From positions 32,001 to 96,000 of IMG/VR virus record IMGVR_UViG_3300003323_000257: 64,000 bases of DNA; one strand, written 5' to 3'. The translations under genes and the position numbers were made by a program. Under the pieces are notes generated by a model. It searched no databases, was not told the DNA's origin, and worked only from the letters and a program-made list of their open reading frames with translations. The stretch comes from a virus. Each line of letters opens with the position of its first letter. The first letter of the stretch is position 1. Shown one piece after another: positions 16,920 to 25,756 of this stretch.

Positions 16920-18085
16920 AGATTTTTTACATGGGACTAGAGAAGGTAGAGTCTCGCTACAGTCATCAGCTCACTGATTGGAACACCTCGGAATTCGAAC
17001 GCCTAGGTGTACCTTATCGAGTTGTGACTGGCTCGGAAATTCCAGCAGTGCAAGGTCAGATCGTTAATGGTTCGGTTCTTGATGCACACGGACGTACCTA
17101 CTATGCGATGACTCAAATGTCTTCCTTGGTAGCGATGATGCAAGCTGGCGAAGTAACTGAAAACGATGTGGTCTTCTTTGAGGACATGTTCACACCGGGT
17201 ATCGAAAGCCTGGCGTACATTATGGCCCAAACACCAGATAAATATCGGCCACGAGTGTACGTTCGTTGTCTGGCTCAAACTATTGATCCAGACGATTTCG
17301 TTCATCGTACTGGCATGTTTGATTGGATGCGACATTTCGAACTAATGTTGGATTCCTTCATCACTGGTATCCTGGTGGCTTCTGAAGAAATGGTTGCCCA
17401 TCTTCGTATCGCAGGATTCAAGTCCAACATTTATGTTACAGGTCTCCCGTTCGGCAAACAGGAAGTTCGTTCGCGAGTACCTCACTTGAAGGCTCTGTCC
17501 GATCGCCCTAAAGTTGTGTCATTCGCTTCACGCTGGGACGATGAAAAGCAACCATTCTTCTTCCTCCAAGTAATGGATGCGGTAAAGCAGTTGGATCCCT
17601 CTATCCAATTTCAGATCCTTACTGGAAACAAGACACTGAAGTCCAACAACGAGAAGGCCTTGCATGCTGCTAGGTCGTACGATAACAGTTGGCTTACCAT
17701 CAAAGAAGGTCTGACCAAGAATGAGTACTATCAGGAACTGGCAAACTCACGCTTGCTTATGAATACCGCACTCCAAGACTGGGTGTCAAACACAATCTCT
17801 GAAGCGGACACCCTAGGGTGTATGACTTTGTTCCCTGCGTATAGGTCCTTCCCTGAAACAGTCGGTAACCGTCCAGAGCACCTATATCTGCCATGGTCTG
17901 TGGAAGATGCTGCAGCAAAGCTGGTTAAACTAATTAATCTGGAAATGACCCAGCCTGACATTGGTAAGATTTCAGATTATCAAGACCGCTCAATTGTGAG
18001 GACAGTGAAAGTACTAAAGGGCGGCCAATCATGGGCGCGCAATACCTTAGGTTACCGTCAGCACGTCGCACGTACCAAATTCTAG
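16916..18085 (+). CDS. GT-B glycosyltransferase
   Basis: 389 aa; C-terminal domain V.FASRWDDEKQP.FF...LTKNEYYQELANSRLLMNTALQDWVSNT.SEA...G...LFP.YRSFPE resembles GT4-type donor-binding motifs. Confidence 0.8.
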   Translation: MKIFYMGLEKVESRYSHQLTDWNTSEFERLGVPYRVVTGSEIPAVQGQIVNGSVLDAHGRTYYAMTQMSSLVAMMQAGEVTENDVVFFEDMFTPGIESLAYIMAQTPDKYRPRVYVRCLAQTIDPDDFVHRTGMFDWMRHFELMLDSFITGILVASEEMVAHLRIAGFKSNIYVTGLPFGKQEVRSRVPHLKALSDRPKVVSFASRWDDEKQPFFFLQVMDAVKQLDPSIQFQILTGNKTLKSNNEKALHAARSYDNSWLTIKEGLTKNEYYQELANSRLLMNTALQDWVSNTISEADTLGCMTLFPAYRSFPETVGNRPEHLYLPWSVEDAAAKLVKLINLEMTQPDIGKISDYQDRSIVRTVKVLKGGQSWARNTLGYRQHVARTKF

Positions 18086-18091
18086 TAAATA
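18084..18091 (+). promoter_or_regulatory. Putative phage promoter, AGTAAATA motif
   Basis: Motif at the junction splitting the cluster into two units. Confidence 0.6.
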
Positions 18092-18100
18092 GAGGTACCT

Positions 18101-18129
18101 AGGCTGAGCCAGTCAAGGCTCAGCCTTTT
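18101..18129 (+). terminator. GC-rich hairpin with U tract (terminator or 5' stabiliser)
   Basis: aggctgagcc-agtcaa-ggctcagcct followed by ttt. Confidence 0.65.
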
Positions 18130-18147
18130 CCTACCTATGAGGTTCAA

Positions 18148-18948
18148 ATGGACGCACCAAAAATTCGTAAATTCGGCATTATCGGTACCTCTTGTGCCGG
18201 TAAGACCACTCTGGCCCATACCTTGGTCGGCCGTCTTAAGTCATACGGTATCCTTGCTGATGGCTTGTTTAGCCAGGACCGGAAGTTCTCGTTTGATAAA
18301 AAATATATCGAAACAGAGGAAGCTCAGAATTGGATGATCTGCAATCTGATCGCGAAAGAGGTGGACCTGAGCCTACATGGAGACGTGGAAGTGTTGATCA
18401 CTGATAGGACTCCTATTGATCTGTTTGCCTACTACTCTCACCAACATAACACGCGATTGAGCGAAGCTTGCTGGAACTACGCTAAAGAGTGGGCTAAGAC
18501 CTACGATGCCTTGTACTTTCTGGAACCTCTTCCTTACCAGGATGATGGAAAGCGCCCATCGGATGATTTCAGGCTGGCTGTAGACGCGGAACTTCGTTTC
18601 CTAATTAAGATGATTCCTAACGTGTATCAGTTAGGACGGCATGAAGTTATGAATGACATCCTAAAGAGGATTGGCTTTAAAAAGCCTGGAGTGAAGATGG
18701 ACTTTACTCCCAAGGATGCTCAGACTCTGGCCAACCATATTCAACGCTCCTTGGTGGTCAAGCGCTCGGAAATAAAGGATGCACTTTCTGATTACGACGT
18801 GTGGATCTTAGCAGGATTGGACTTCAACATTCAATCTGTAAGATCCTATGCATCAGGTCTGTTTGGAACTTTCGTTCCCCTGGAAATCAACCTTGCTGTT
18901 TCTACGGAAACTCTAACTTTTGAATTCGACCGTTATGACCCAGAATAA
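18148..18948 (+). CDS. P-loop nucleotide kinase-like (AAA_28/NadR-Ttd14 type) fused to a putative Pol-beta-type nucleotidyltransferase domain
   Basis: Walker A GTSCAGKTT, ITDRTPID, YD.LYFL..LP...DG.R; C-terminal VVKRS...LSDYDVWIL resembles GS...SDxD. Confidence 0.7.
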   Translation: MDAPKIRKFGIIGTSCAGKTTLAHTLVGRLKSYGILADGLFSQDRKFSFDKKYIETEEAQNWMICNLIAKEVDLSLHGDVEVLITDRTPIDLFAYYSHQHNTRLSEACWNYAKEWAKTYDALYFLEPLPYQDDGKRPSDDFRLAVDAELRFLIKMIPNVYQLGRHEVMNDILKRIGFKKPGVKMDFTPKDAQTLANHIQRSLVVKRSEIKDALSDYDVWILAGLDFNIQSVRSYASGLFGTFVPLEINLAVSTETLTFEFDRYDPE

Positions 18949-20359
18949 TAAAAGGCGGCCCTTTGGATACGTGTTGGCTGCCATAACTGCGCGCTCTCCA
19001 TCGTCTTTCATTGGCGTCAAATACGAAGACAACTCTAAGAAGCCGTATCTGTGGAAGCGAACACGCTTTAACGGATTGACCACTCATTGGACTCCTGATC
19101 GCACCATCTACTATGGCTCGCCTGGACCAAGGGCGAACGCTATTCCTACTGTTGACCTGGACGTAGTGTTTCCAATTAGCGCTCCGACAGAACCAGAGGT
19201 ATTGGTGAACGCCGGATTCGACTACGCTATGGCCTCTCCGCACCATGTTAGTGCTGGATCGGAGACCCGGAGAAACGATAAGGTAAAGCTGTTCTGTGAC
19301 TCAGGTGGGTTCCAGTTAATCAGTGGAGCCTTGGACTGGGTGGACATGGATGAATTGGCAGACACGTACAACAGAACCATCGATTACGGAATTGGCCTAG
19401 ACATACCTACGCCAGGTGAGCTACAGAAAGACTTCCTGATGCGTATGTGTGACGTGATGATCAAGAACAATCGCTATCTACGCAGCAAAGTTGTACCTGA
19501 AGTAGAGATTTATGACGTGAGTCACGGTAACACCTTACAGTTGAGAGCCAAGTTTTTGGATCGCGTATTGGCCGAAAAGAAGAAGGAACGTCGCGATGGT
19601 CAAGGATTGGCGATCGGTGCTATCGCGCAAAACTTTAAGGATGGCGGTCAGCGCCAAACTGTGGTTACTGGGTCGGTTAATCTCATATACACACTGTTAA
19701 AATCCAAAGGCCTGTACGAGAGATATCACGTATTAGGAACAACGAATTCGTTTTTTCAATTTCTGTACCACGTGCTTCTCCATTATGAAGTGGCCCCACA
19801 CATTACGGCGGACTCGACGTCCTACGTTTTGCCTGCGACGTATAATCTGATGATCGCCAACAAATTGGCTCCAGACCATTCCTTGTTATCGTTGGAGCTT
19901 CCAAAAGAGGAGCGCTCCTATACGTTGAACTGTAACTGTCCTGTGTGTTATCACGTAAAATATGCGCGTGAGTACCAGCTAATGTACATGACTAATACCT
20001 TACATGGTATGTATGCAACGGCCAACCAACGCGACCGAATCGAGGAAATAGCAGGAGAATACTTGAGGGGACGTATTGGACTAAATGAAGCGCTCTCGGT
20101 GTGTACCGGTGAACCTGCTTCGTCTCTCAAGGTGTACACAGCCATCGTAAAGTTTGCTATCGAGGCCGCCGAAAAAGGTTTTAAAGAAGCCTGGCTTTAC
20201 CATGAGAAAACATTGAATGGCTTAATGCGAGGTTCAGTCTCCACAGGCGGTTTGTTCAACAAAGGCACCAAGGCAATGTCTTCTAAGGCTAAGCGACTGG
20301 ACTCCATCCTTACTCGCTTTGAAGAGTTCCATGCAGCTAAAACAAAGGGACGCAAATGA
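18935..20359 (+). CDS. dpdA: DpdA-like deoxyguanine transglycosylase (TGT fold)
   Basis: LFCDSGGFQ, GLDIP, GLAIGA, HVLGT, TADSTS and Zn site CNCPVC...H in TGT order; adjacent to queE/folE/queD. Confidence 0.85.
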   Translation: MTQNNKRRPFGYVLAAITARSPSSFIGVKYEDNSKKPYLWKRTRFNGLTTHWTPDRTIYYGSPGPRANAIPTVDLDVVFPISAPTEPEVLVNAGFDYAMASPHHVSAGSETRRNDKVKLFCDSGGFQLISGALDWVDMDELADTYNRTIDYGIGLDIPTPGELQKDFLMRMCDVMIKNNRYLRSKVVPEVEIYDVSHGNTLQLRAKFLDRVLAEKKKERRDGQGLAIGAIAQNFKDGGQRQTVVTGSVNLIYTLLKSKGLYERYHVLGTTNSFFQFLYHVLLHYEVAPHITADSTSYVLPATYNLMIANKLAPDHSLLSLELPKEERSYTLNCNCPVCYHVKYAREYQLMYMTNTLHGMYATANQRDRIEEIAGEYLRGRIGLNEALSVCTGEPASSLKVYTAIVKFAIEAAEKGFKEAWLYHEKTLNGLMRGSVSTGGLFNKGTKAMSSKAKRLDSILTRFEEFHAAKTKGRK

Positions 20360-20847
20360 AGATACTCAAGGTTCGTAATCTGTACGGCTACCCTTCGTAC
20401 ACCGACGCCATTGTGGAGTACAGCAAGTCCATAGGAGCTTCTCTTATTCTGGATCGCACTTCTTTGTTGAAGGCTCCCAAGGAGTGGAGGATGTCCAATA
20501 AGCCAAAAATCTTGGTCGACTCCTTCACGGCCTTCCTGCAAAGCGAGGTTCCTATCATTGGCTACAAGAATGATAGAGGTGTGTATCTCAAGGATTCGCG
20601 ATTACCCCATCGAGAGCATTTGGTAGACAACGTATGTCAGGTGAAGATACCTTCCAATCTGAAGCGCGTTCCATCTAAAGTGCTGGCCTCCGCTTTGAAA
20701 GCCAAGGTCAAAAAAGACTTCCTGGACTCTATTGATCCTGAGGATCCTAACTATAAAGTGGTCAAGGGCATGATAACGATTCACCTCCCTGCGTCCTTAA
20801 AGGACCCATTCACCAAAGTAAATAAGAAGACAAAGGAGAACACATGA
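20356..20847 (+). CDS. Uncharacterised protein inside the deazaguanine cluster
   Basis: 163-aa basic ORF, ATGA-coupled between dpdA and queE. Confidence 0.65.
   Translation: MKILKVRNLYGYPSYTDAIVEYSKSIGASLILDRTSLLKAPKEWRMSNKPKILVDSFTAFLQSEVPIIGYKNDRGVYLKDSRLPHREHLVDNVCQVKIPSNLKRVPSKVLASALKAKVKKDFLDSIDPEDPNYKVVKGMITIHLPASLKDPFTKVNKKTKENT
20817..20824 (+). promoter_or_regulatory. Putative phage promoter, AGTAAATA motif
   Basis: Motif 20 nt upstream of the queE start, followed by AAGGAG. Confidence 0.5.
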
Positions 20848-21647
20848 AAACCATCATGATTCAAAACCAAGATCGAAATATGAGTGCACGAGATTACCCG
20901 GACTCCACATTTCTACGTGTAACCTCAATGTTCCGAACCCTGCAAGGTGAAGGTCCATTCGCAGGCTTTCCAGCCGTGTTCCTTCGACTATCTGGATGTA
21001 ACTATGGTAGCAAAACGGATATGTGCACCTGGTGTGATACTTCCTTCCAATTTGACCATGGGCAGCTGCATACGATTGACCAGGTAGTAGCAGAGCTAAA
21101 TCATTTGGAAGGACGTCAGCCTTCTGACATTCTGGTAATCACTGGAGGGGAACCAACTCTTCAAAAAACTTTGCTAGGACTGATTTCAAAGGTATGGGCC
21201 AACAAATATTTCAAAACCATTCAAGTGGAAACCAATGGTACGCAGCCAAAGTTCTTTGAAGATGCTGAAGAGATGGGTCTCCTAGGTAAGGATAAAGTCA
21301 CCTTTGTAGTCTCACCGAAAGCTAACGAACGGCTCAAGAAATATCCTCAGGTTCACCCTAAGGTTAAATGGTGGGCGGATTGCTATAAGTTTGTCCTGTC
21401 TGCTGAAGAAGGTGACGCGCATCACGAAATTCCTGAATGGGCATTAACCGAGAAACATAAGCCTGTGTATGTAAGCCCTATGACAGTATACCTAAAACCA
21501 TATCAGGGTGAGGTGTCCTCTATTTGGGACGCTGACCTGGTGGATCAGGAACGCACCGCAGCAAACTACGCATACGCCGCTGCTTACGCCTTAAAACATA
21601 ACCTGCGTCTGAGTGTGCAAATGCACACCCTGACTGCCATAGCTTAA
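20844..21647 (+). CDS. queE: 7-carboxy-7-deazaguanine synthase (radical SAM)
   Basis: TLQGEG..AG.PAVFLRLSGCN...C.WCDT, VITGGEP.LQ, IQVETNGT, LSVQMH. Confidence 0.93.
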   Translation: MKTIMIQNQDRNMSARDYPDSTFLRVTSMFRTLQGEGPFAGFPAVFLRLSGCNYGSKTDMCTWCDTSFQFDHGQLHTIDQVVAELNHLEGRQPSDILVITGGEPTLQKTLLGLISKVWANKYFKTIQVETNGTQPKFFEDAEEMGLLGKDKVTFVVSPKANERLKKYPQVHPKVKWWADCYKFVLSAEEGDAHHEIPEWALTEKHKPVYVSPMTVYLKPYQGEVSSIWDADLVDQERTAANYAYAAAYALKHNLRLSVQMHTLTAIA

Positions 21648-21656
21648 AGGACAAAC

Positions 21657-22325
21657 ATGAGTAAGACCAACGCTCAACTGGGACAGCAGATACACAAACA
21701 CCTGGAGGTGCTAGGTATCGAGACCCCTATGTTTGAAAATTCTCCGTCCGACCAGCTTAATATGATTACCAAGCTGGATCGCGTAGAGAAGCATTTTGCG
21801 GAGATCATGAAGTTACTCCAACTTAATCTTAATGATGACTCTCTAAGAGAGACACCAAGGCGAGTGGCAAAAATGTTTTTGAACGAGATTTTCTCCGGTC
21901 TTGATTACAATAATTTCCCTAAGTGCACCGTGATCGATAACAAGATGGGTGCTGACGAAATGGTGATCGAACGTAACATCACCATGAACTCCACTTGTGA
22001 ACATCATCTGTTGCCTATTATCGGGAAGGCACACGTAGCATACATTCCAGGTGCTAAGGTACTTGGTCTGTCCAAGATGAATCGGATTGTTCAGTTCTTC
22101 GCTGCACGTCCTCAAGTTCAGGAACGGTTGACTCTGCAAATTCATGCCGCCCTGTGTTTCATTCTTGAAACCAAAGACGTTGCGGTGGTAATCGAAGCCG
22201 AGCATATGTGTGTAAAGACCAGGGGCGTAGAGGACGCTTGCAGTGACACAGTGACTTCCAAAGTAAGTGGTGTATTCCGTAACCCAGTAACTCGTAATGA
22301 GTTCATCACCTTTACACGAAAATGA
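21657..22325 (+). CDS. folE: GTP cyclohydrolase I
   Basis: [45 protein letters not shown]...RGV. Confidence 0.96.
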   Translation: MSKTNAQLGQQIHKHLEVLGIETPMFENSPSDQLNMITKLDRVEKHFAEIMKLLQLNLNDDSLRETPRRVAKMFLNEIFSGLDYNNFPKCTVIDNKMGADEMVIERNITMNSTCEHHLLPIIGKAHVAYIPGAKVLGLSKMNRIVQFFAARPQVQERLTLQIHAALCFILETKDVAVVIEAEHMCVKTRGVEDACSDTVTSKVSGVFRNPVTRNEFITFTRK

Positions 22326-22843
22326 GCATACACATAACTGAACACGGCCGTGATCTGGTGATCCTAGATATCGACGGCTGTTTATTGGACTCGGACTCGC
22401 GTCTACCGCATTTGCTGGCAGGTGATCGTGAGACCTACGACTCTCTCCATCCCACGGATCGTACGTGGCCGGCAGGCCATGCAGTGTACCGCATGTTTCA
22501 ACGCCATCCAGACGTAACGGTGTTGTTCGTTACTGCTAGGCAGGAAAATGCCAGGCACTATACAATGGAGCAGCTTAACCGAGCATTAGGTAGCAGCTCT
22601 CCTGTTATGCCTTGGCAACTGCTGATGCGCCCTACAGGGTGTTCCGATCCAGATATTATCTTGAAGCCTCGTTTGATAGAGGAGGCTGGATGGTCTTTGG
22701 AGCGTATTCTTGTGGTAGTTGAAGACAGCGACGCCACTGTTGCTATGTGGCGATCCAAAGGAATTGAATGTTGGCAGCCGCGTTCAAGCACCCACAACAT
22801 AAACACAGTGCAGCTGGCAATCGATTTAAACACTAGTAAATAA
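22322..22843 (+). CDS. HAD phosphatase (PNKP 3'-phosphatase-like)
   Basis: [18 protein letters not shown]...D..LK, VVEDS...VAMWRS.GI. Confidence 0.8.
   Translation: MSIHITEHGRDLVILDIDGCLLDSDSRLPHLLAGDRETYDSLHPTDRTWPAGHAVYRMFQRHPDVTVLFVTARQENARHYTMEQLNRALGSSSPVMPWQLLMRPTGCSDPDIILKPRLIEEAGWSLERILVVVEDSDATVAMWRSKGIECWQPRSSTHNINTVQLAIDLNTSK
22835..22842 (+). promoter_or_regulatory. Putative phage promoter, AGTAAATA motif
   Basis: Motif at gene junction upstream of 22880. Confidence 0.6.
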
Positions 22844-22879
22844 CTTACGTACCACCCAACATCAAACGAGGATACACAA

Positions 22880-23845
22880 ATGACGACTGACCAAGATTTC
22901 AACATCGCTGATTTGAATTTTCTGACCGAGGGATCGGTTTTCACCCGAGAGGACGGTCGGATGGCTCGCTTCCTGTTCCTGACCAACCAATCTCTGTCGG
23001 AAAAAATGAAGCAGAAGTTTCCACCGCAAGTGGTTTATGCAGACGAGAACGATAATATTCTCAGCTGCGACATCGACCGTTTCCTGGCTAAACGCAAGTT
23101 TGTTAATGTCATTCCTGAGTTGGAAGAACGCCTGCTCAATCTGCTTGCTGCCACCTCTTCGGAATCTGAAGAAACTCTGGACCTGGACTCCGATGATGAC
23201 CAACTGATCATCGAGGATACAGAATCGAGTGAATCCCAAGAAGGCGATCAACCTGCAGGAGACGATTTCATTGACAGCGATGAGAAACCTGTGGTTACTT
23301 TGCTTGCATCTCGTGATGATCTGCCTGTGGTAATCAATGTGGACCAATTTACTCAAGCCGTGTCGTCCTATCAGCAGAATCCAGGTGTCGAACCAGGCAC
23401 GCTGCAGCACACGCTGTTTATCCGCGAAGAGCCAGGCATTAGCAGCGAAACCATCTACGCTGCATTTAGCCCTACGCACGCGGACAAGAACGTTACCTAT
23501 GAGTTTCAAGTGGAGTACGAAGGTGAGAAGCGCACCGTCGAATGGGATACTTTCGCAGGTATCTATCCTGCAATCTTCTTCGGAAGCCGTATGTTCCAAG
23601 TGATCTTCTACGGTCCGCGAGTTCCTGCTGCAAGCTTGGTGGCCGCCGAGGAGTTGGCTCAGGAAAACACTGAGGTTATTACCGCTGCACCTGACGTGGA
23701 AATTCAACAAGGTCAACTGGTAGCCATCAATGAAGCCGGTCAAGCGGTTCCGGCGCAAGCTATTTCTAATCCTGCGGCTCAACCTGTTCAAGTGCAGGTA
23801 CAGCCTGTGGCGCAGGTTCAAGTCCAAGTGCAGGCCGCACAGTAA
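22880..23845 (+). CDS. Acidic hypothetical protein with Q/V/P/A low-complexity tail
   Basis: 321 aa with its own putative promoter and terminator; ends QPVQVQVQPVAQVQVQVQAAQ. Confidence 0.75.
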   Translation: MTTDQDFNIADLNFLTEGSVFTREDGRMARFLFLTNQSLSEKMKQKFPPQVVYADENDNILSCDIDRFLAKRKFVNVIPELEERLLNLLAATSSESEETLDLDSDDDQLIIEDTESSESQEGDQPAGDDFIDSDEKPVVTLLASRDDLPVVINVDQFTQAVSSYQQNPGVEPGTLQHTLFIREEPGISSETIYAAFSPTHADKNVTYEFQVEYEGEKRTVEWDTFAGIYPAIFFGSRMFQVIFYGPRVPAASLVAAEELAQENTEVITAAPDVEIQQGQLVAINEAGQAVPAQAISNPAAQPVQVQVQPVAQVQVQVQAAQ

Positions 23846-23852
23846 CATACAC

Positions 23853-23899
23853 AAAGCCCAGTCATGGTCCTAAGAGCTGTGGCTGGGCTTTTTCTTTTT
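23853..23899 (+). terminator. Intrinsic terminator
   Basis: aaagcccagtcat...gtggctgggcttt followed by ttcttttt. Confidence 0.75.
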
Positions 23900-23910
23900 A
23901 GGAGTACAAG

Positions 23911-24930
23911 TTGAAAGTACGCAAAGGTGATTACTGTGTGGCTCGTCAGGAGCAAGGAAAAGACTACCTGTTCAAGGCCCTAGCTGATTCCGATGCCAAA
24001 TCGGTTGAAGCTGTGTTGGAAAAGGACTGCCATATTCAAGGCATGCGACACACTTTGACTGTCGCTTTGTCTGATGTGGTGGTCAATCTTGGTCCTGATC
24101 CACATCCAGGTAAGGTCTACGGCCACGATGTAGGGTCCGTGCATCGTAAACGTGTAACCCACAAAGCATTTGGTGATGTACACTTCTTTTATCGGCCAGA
24201 GAAGCAGGTCATTACCGACCTCAGCGAAGCGATGACCAAAGTTGGTGCGGCCTTAAAGAAACAAGGGACTTCCTTTTTGTTGTCCAACGTGGTATTCGAA
24301 GTCCTGCCTTTTAATGGTGAGAAATACGCAGGTCGATTCATGATGTCAAAGAACGACAAAATACCAAAGCGTATTCAGATTCGTCCAGAAATTATGCCGG
24401 CCTCCGAATATGCTTACGTGCTATATCATGAGCTTGGCCACAACCTGCACATGGATTTTTGCAAGGCCTCAAAGAAGTTGAACGCTCAGTGGCTAAAACT
24501 GTTCAACACCTCTATTAGGGTAGAAACCATTAAGAAGGATAAAAGCCTGCACTTAATGAATGCTTTGATGGCAGGCGAAGAGTGTCCTTCTGACTTTAAA
24601 CGAGGTCTGGACGAGGACGACGCCTTGGCCTTCAAATGGATCATTCGGACGATCCAGCAGGTAAATGGGTTAGCCATTCAAGACCTAGACACCTTGTTTG
24701 AAGCCGATATGAAGGAGGAGATCGCCAAGGTATGGCCAGTGCGCAACATCCCTCGAAAAGAATTGGCTCCTATCATCTCTGATTACGCTGCGGTGAGCTT
24801 TAAGGAGACGTTCGCTGAAGCCTACGCATTCTACATGACAAAGAAGAAACTGCCTGAATCCATCGTTAAACTTCTTGAACGCTCCATTTCCTACGCAAAG
24901 GCCAATCATGACAAAACTGGCGAAAGCTGA
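23911..24930 (+). CDS. Putative zincin-like metallopeptidase
   Basis: YVLYHELGH (HExxH) and downstream YA....KETFAEAYA. Confidence 0.7.
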   Translation: MKVRKGDYCVARQEQGKDYLFKALADSDAKSVEAVLEKDCHIQGMRHTLTVALSDVVVNLGPDPHPGKVYGHDVGSVHRKRVTHKAFGDVHFFYRPEKQVITDLSEAMTKVGAALKKQGTSFLLSNVVFEVLPFNGEKYAGRFMMSKNDKIPKRIQIRPEIMPASEYAYVLYHELGHNLHMDFCKASKKLNAQWLKLFNTSIRVETIKKDKSLHLMNALMAGEECPSDFKRGLDEDDALAFKWIIRTIQQVNGLAIQDLDTLFEADMKEEIAKVWPVRNIPRKELAPIISDYAAVSFKETFAEAYAFYMTKKKLPESIVKLLERSISYAKANHDKTGES

Positions 24931-25156
24931 TATTGACGCAGAAGATTGGGAACCGAGTCTTTCTTATCCAGAAAATGAAGTAGAGTGCATGCAAGGTCAT
25001 CGGTTTCTTAGTCATTCCAAATTTAGCGGACGTTTGGTTGCTATCGTCTCCCGTAATCCGTGCCCTGTGTGTCGTGGCTACATGCTGAGGGCTTCCCATG
25101 GCGTACCAGAGCGCCAGAGTCTGACTCGTAAAGACGTAGGTGACATCGATGGATAA
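24908..25156 (+). CDS. Small Zn-ribbon protein
   Basis: ECMQGH...PCPVCRG. Confidence 0.6.
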   Translation: MTKLAKADIDAEDWEPSLSYPENEVECMQGHRFLSHSKFSGRLVAIVSRNPCPVCRGYMLRASHGVPERQSLTRKDVGDIDG

Positions 25157-25592
25157 GAACTATATTGATTGGGTGATCAATTCATCCAAATGGTTGTTTG
25201 AGGAAACGGAGAAACGTTTGAAGTACTCTCCATTTGACCACAATCAATTCCACTGGTGGTTGATTCATTCCAAAGGACCTCACTTCTTTGCTCTCCGTGA
25301 TCTCCTGAGAAAAGATGGATACACCTTCTTCGTCACTGCTGAACCTATTGCTCTTACTACCTTAGAGAACTCTGTTGTATTGACGGCCTTTTGCGTAAGT
25401 GAATCCACAGCACAGGTTAGAGTTCGCGGTCAATGGTTGCCTCGTAGCCAAATGCCATTGTATGTGGAAGCAGGGCAATGGGATTGCCCTCAGATGAATC
25501 CTCTGTTTGATTGGACAGAAGATCAAGCCTGGGCCTATCTCATTGATCGTAAGATCGTCCTACCTGAAGATTTTGGTAAGGAGATCGAATGA
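25149..25592 (+). CDS. Degenerate PAPS-reductase-like (CysH/DndC superfamily) protein
   Basis: C-terminal MNPLFDWTEDQAWAYLIDRKI matches NPLxDWTxxDVWxYI; no SGGKDS PP-loop. Confidence 0.5.
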   Translation: MDKNYIDWVINSSKWLFEETEKRLKYSPFDHNQFHWWLIHSKGPHFFALRDLLRKDGYTFFVTAEPIALTTLENSVVLTAFCVSESTAQVRVRGQWLPRSQMPLYVEAGQWDCPQMNPLFDWTEDQAWAYLIDRKIVLPEDFGKEIE

Positions 25593-25756
25593 AGCTATTT
25601 AAACCACAAAACGCTGAGGATTTTAATCGTGATCTTCTGGAAGAAGCACAACGAGAAATAGTTAAACACCTGGCTGCAGTGGAGTATAGCCAGGCAATGA
25701 TCAAGTTGTACCAAGAGCGTATTACACGACTGGAGCCTAGCCATGCTAAGAGCTAA
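25589..25756 (+). CDS. 55-aa coiled-coil protein (not in ORF track)
   Basis: ATGA overlap, AAGGAG RBS; MKLFKPQNAEDFNRDLLEEAQREIVKHLAAVEYSQAMIKLYQERITRLEPSHAKS. Confidence 0.6.
   Translation: MKLFKPQNAEDFNRDLLEEAQREIVKHLAAVEYSQAMIKLYQERITRLEPSHAKS

Noticed and set aside
22862-23854. 330-aa minus-strand ORF
   Set aside because: Fully overlaps the + strand gene 22880-23845, which has an RBS, promoter motif and terminator; a shadow ORF.
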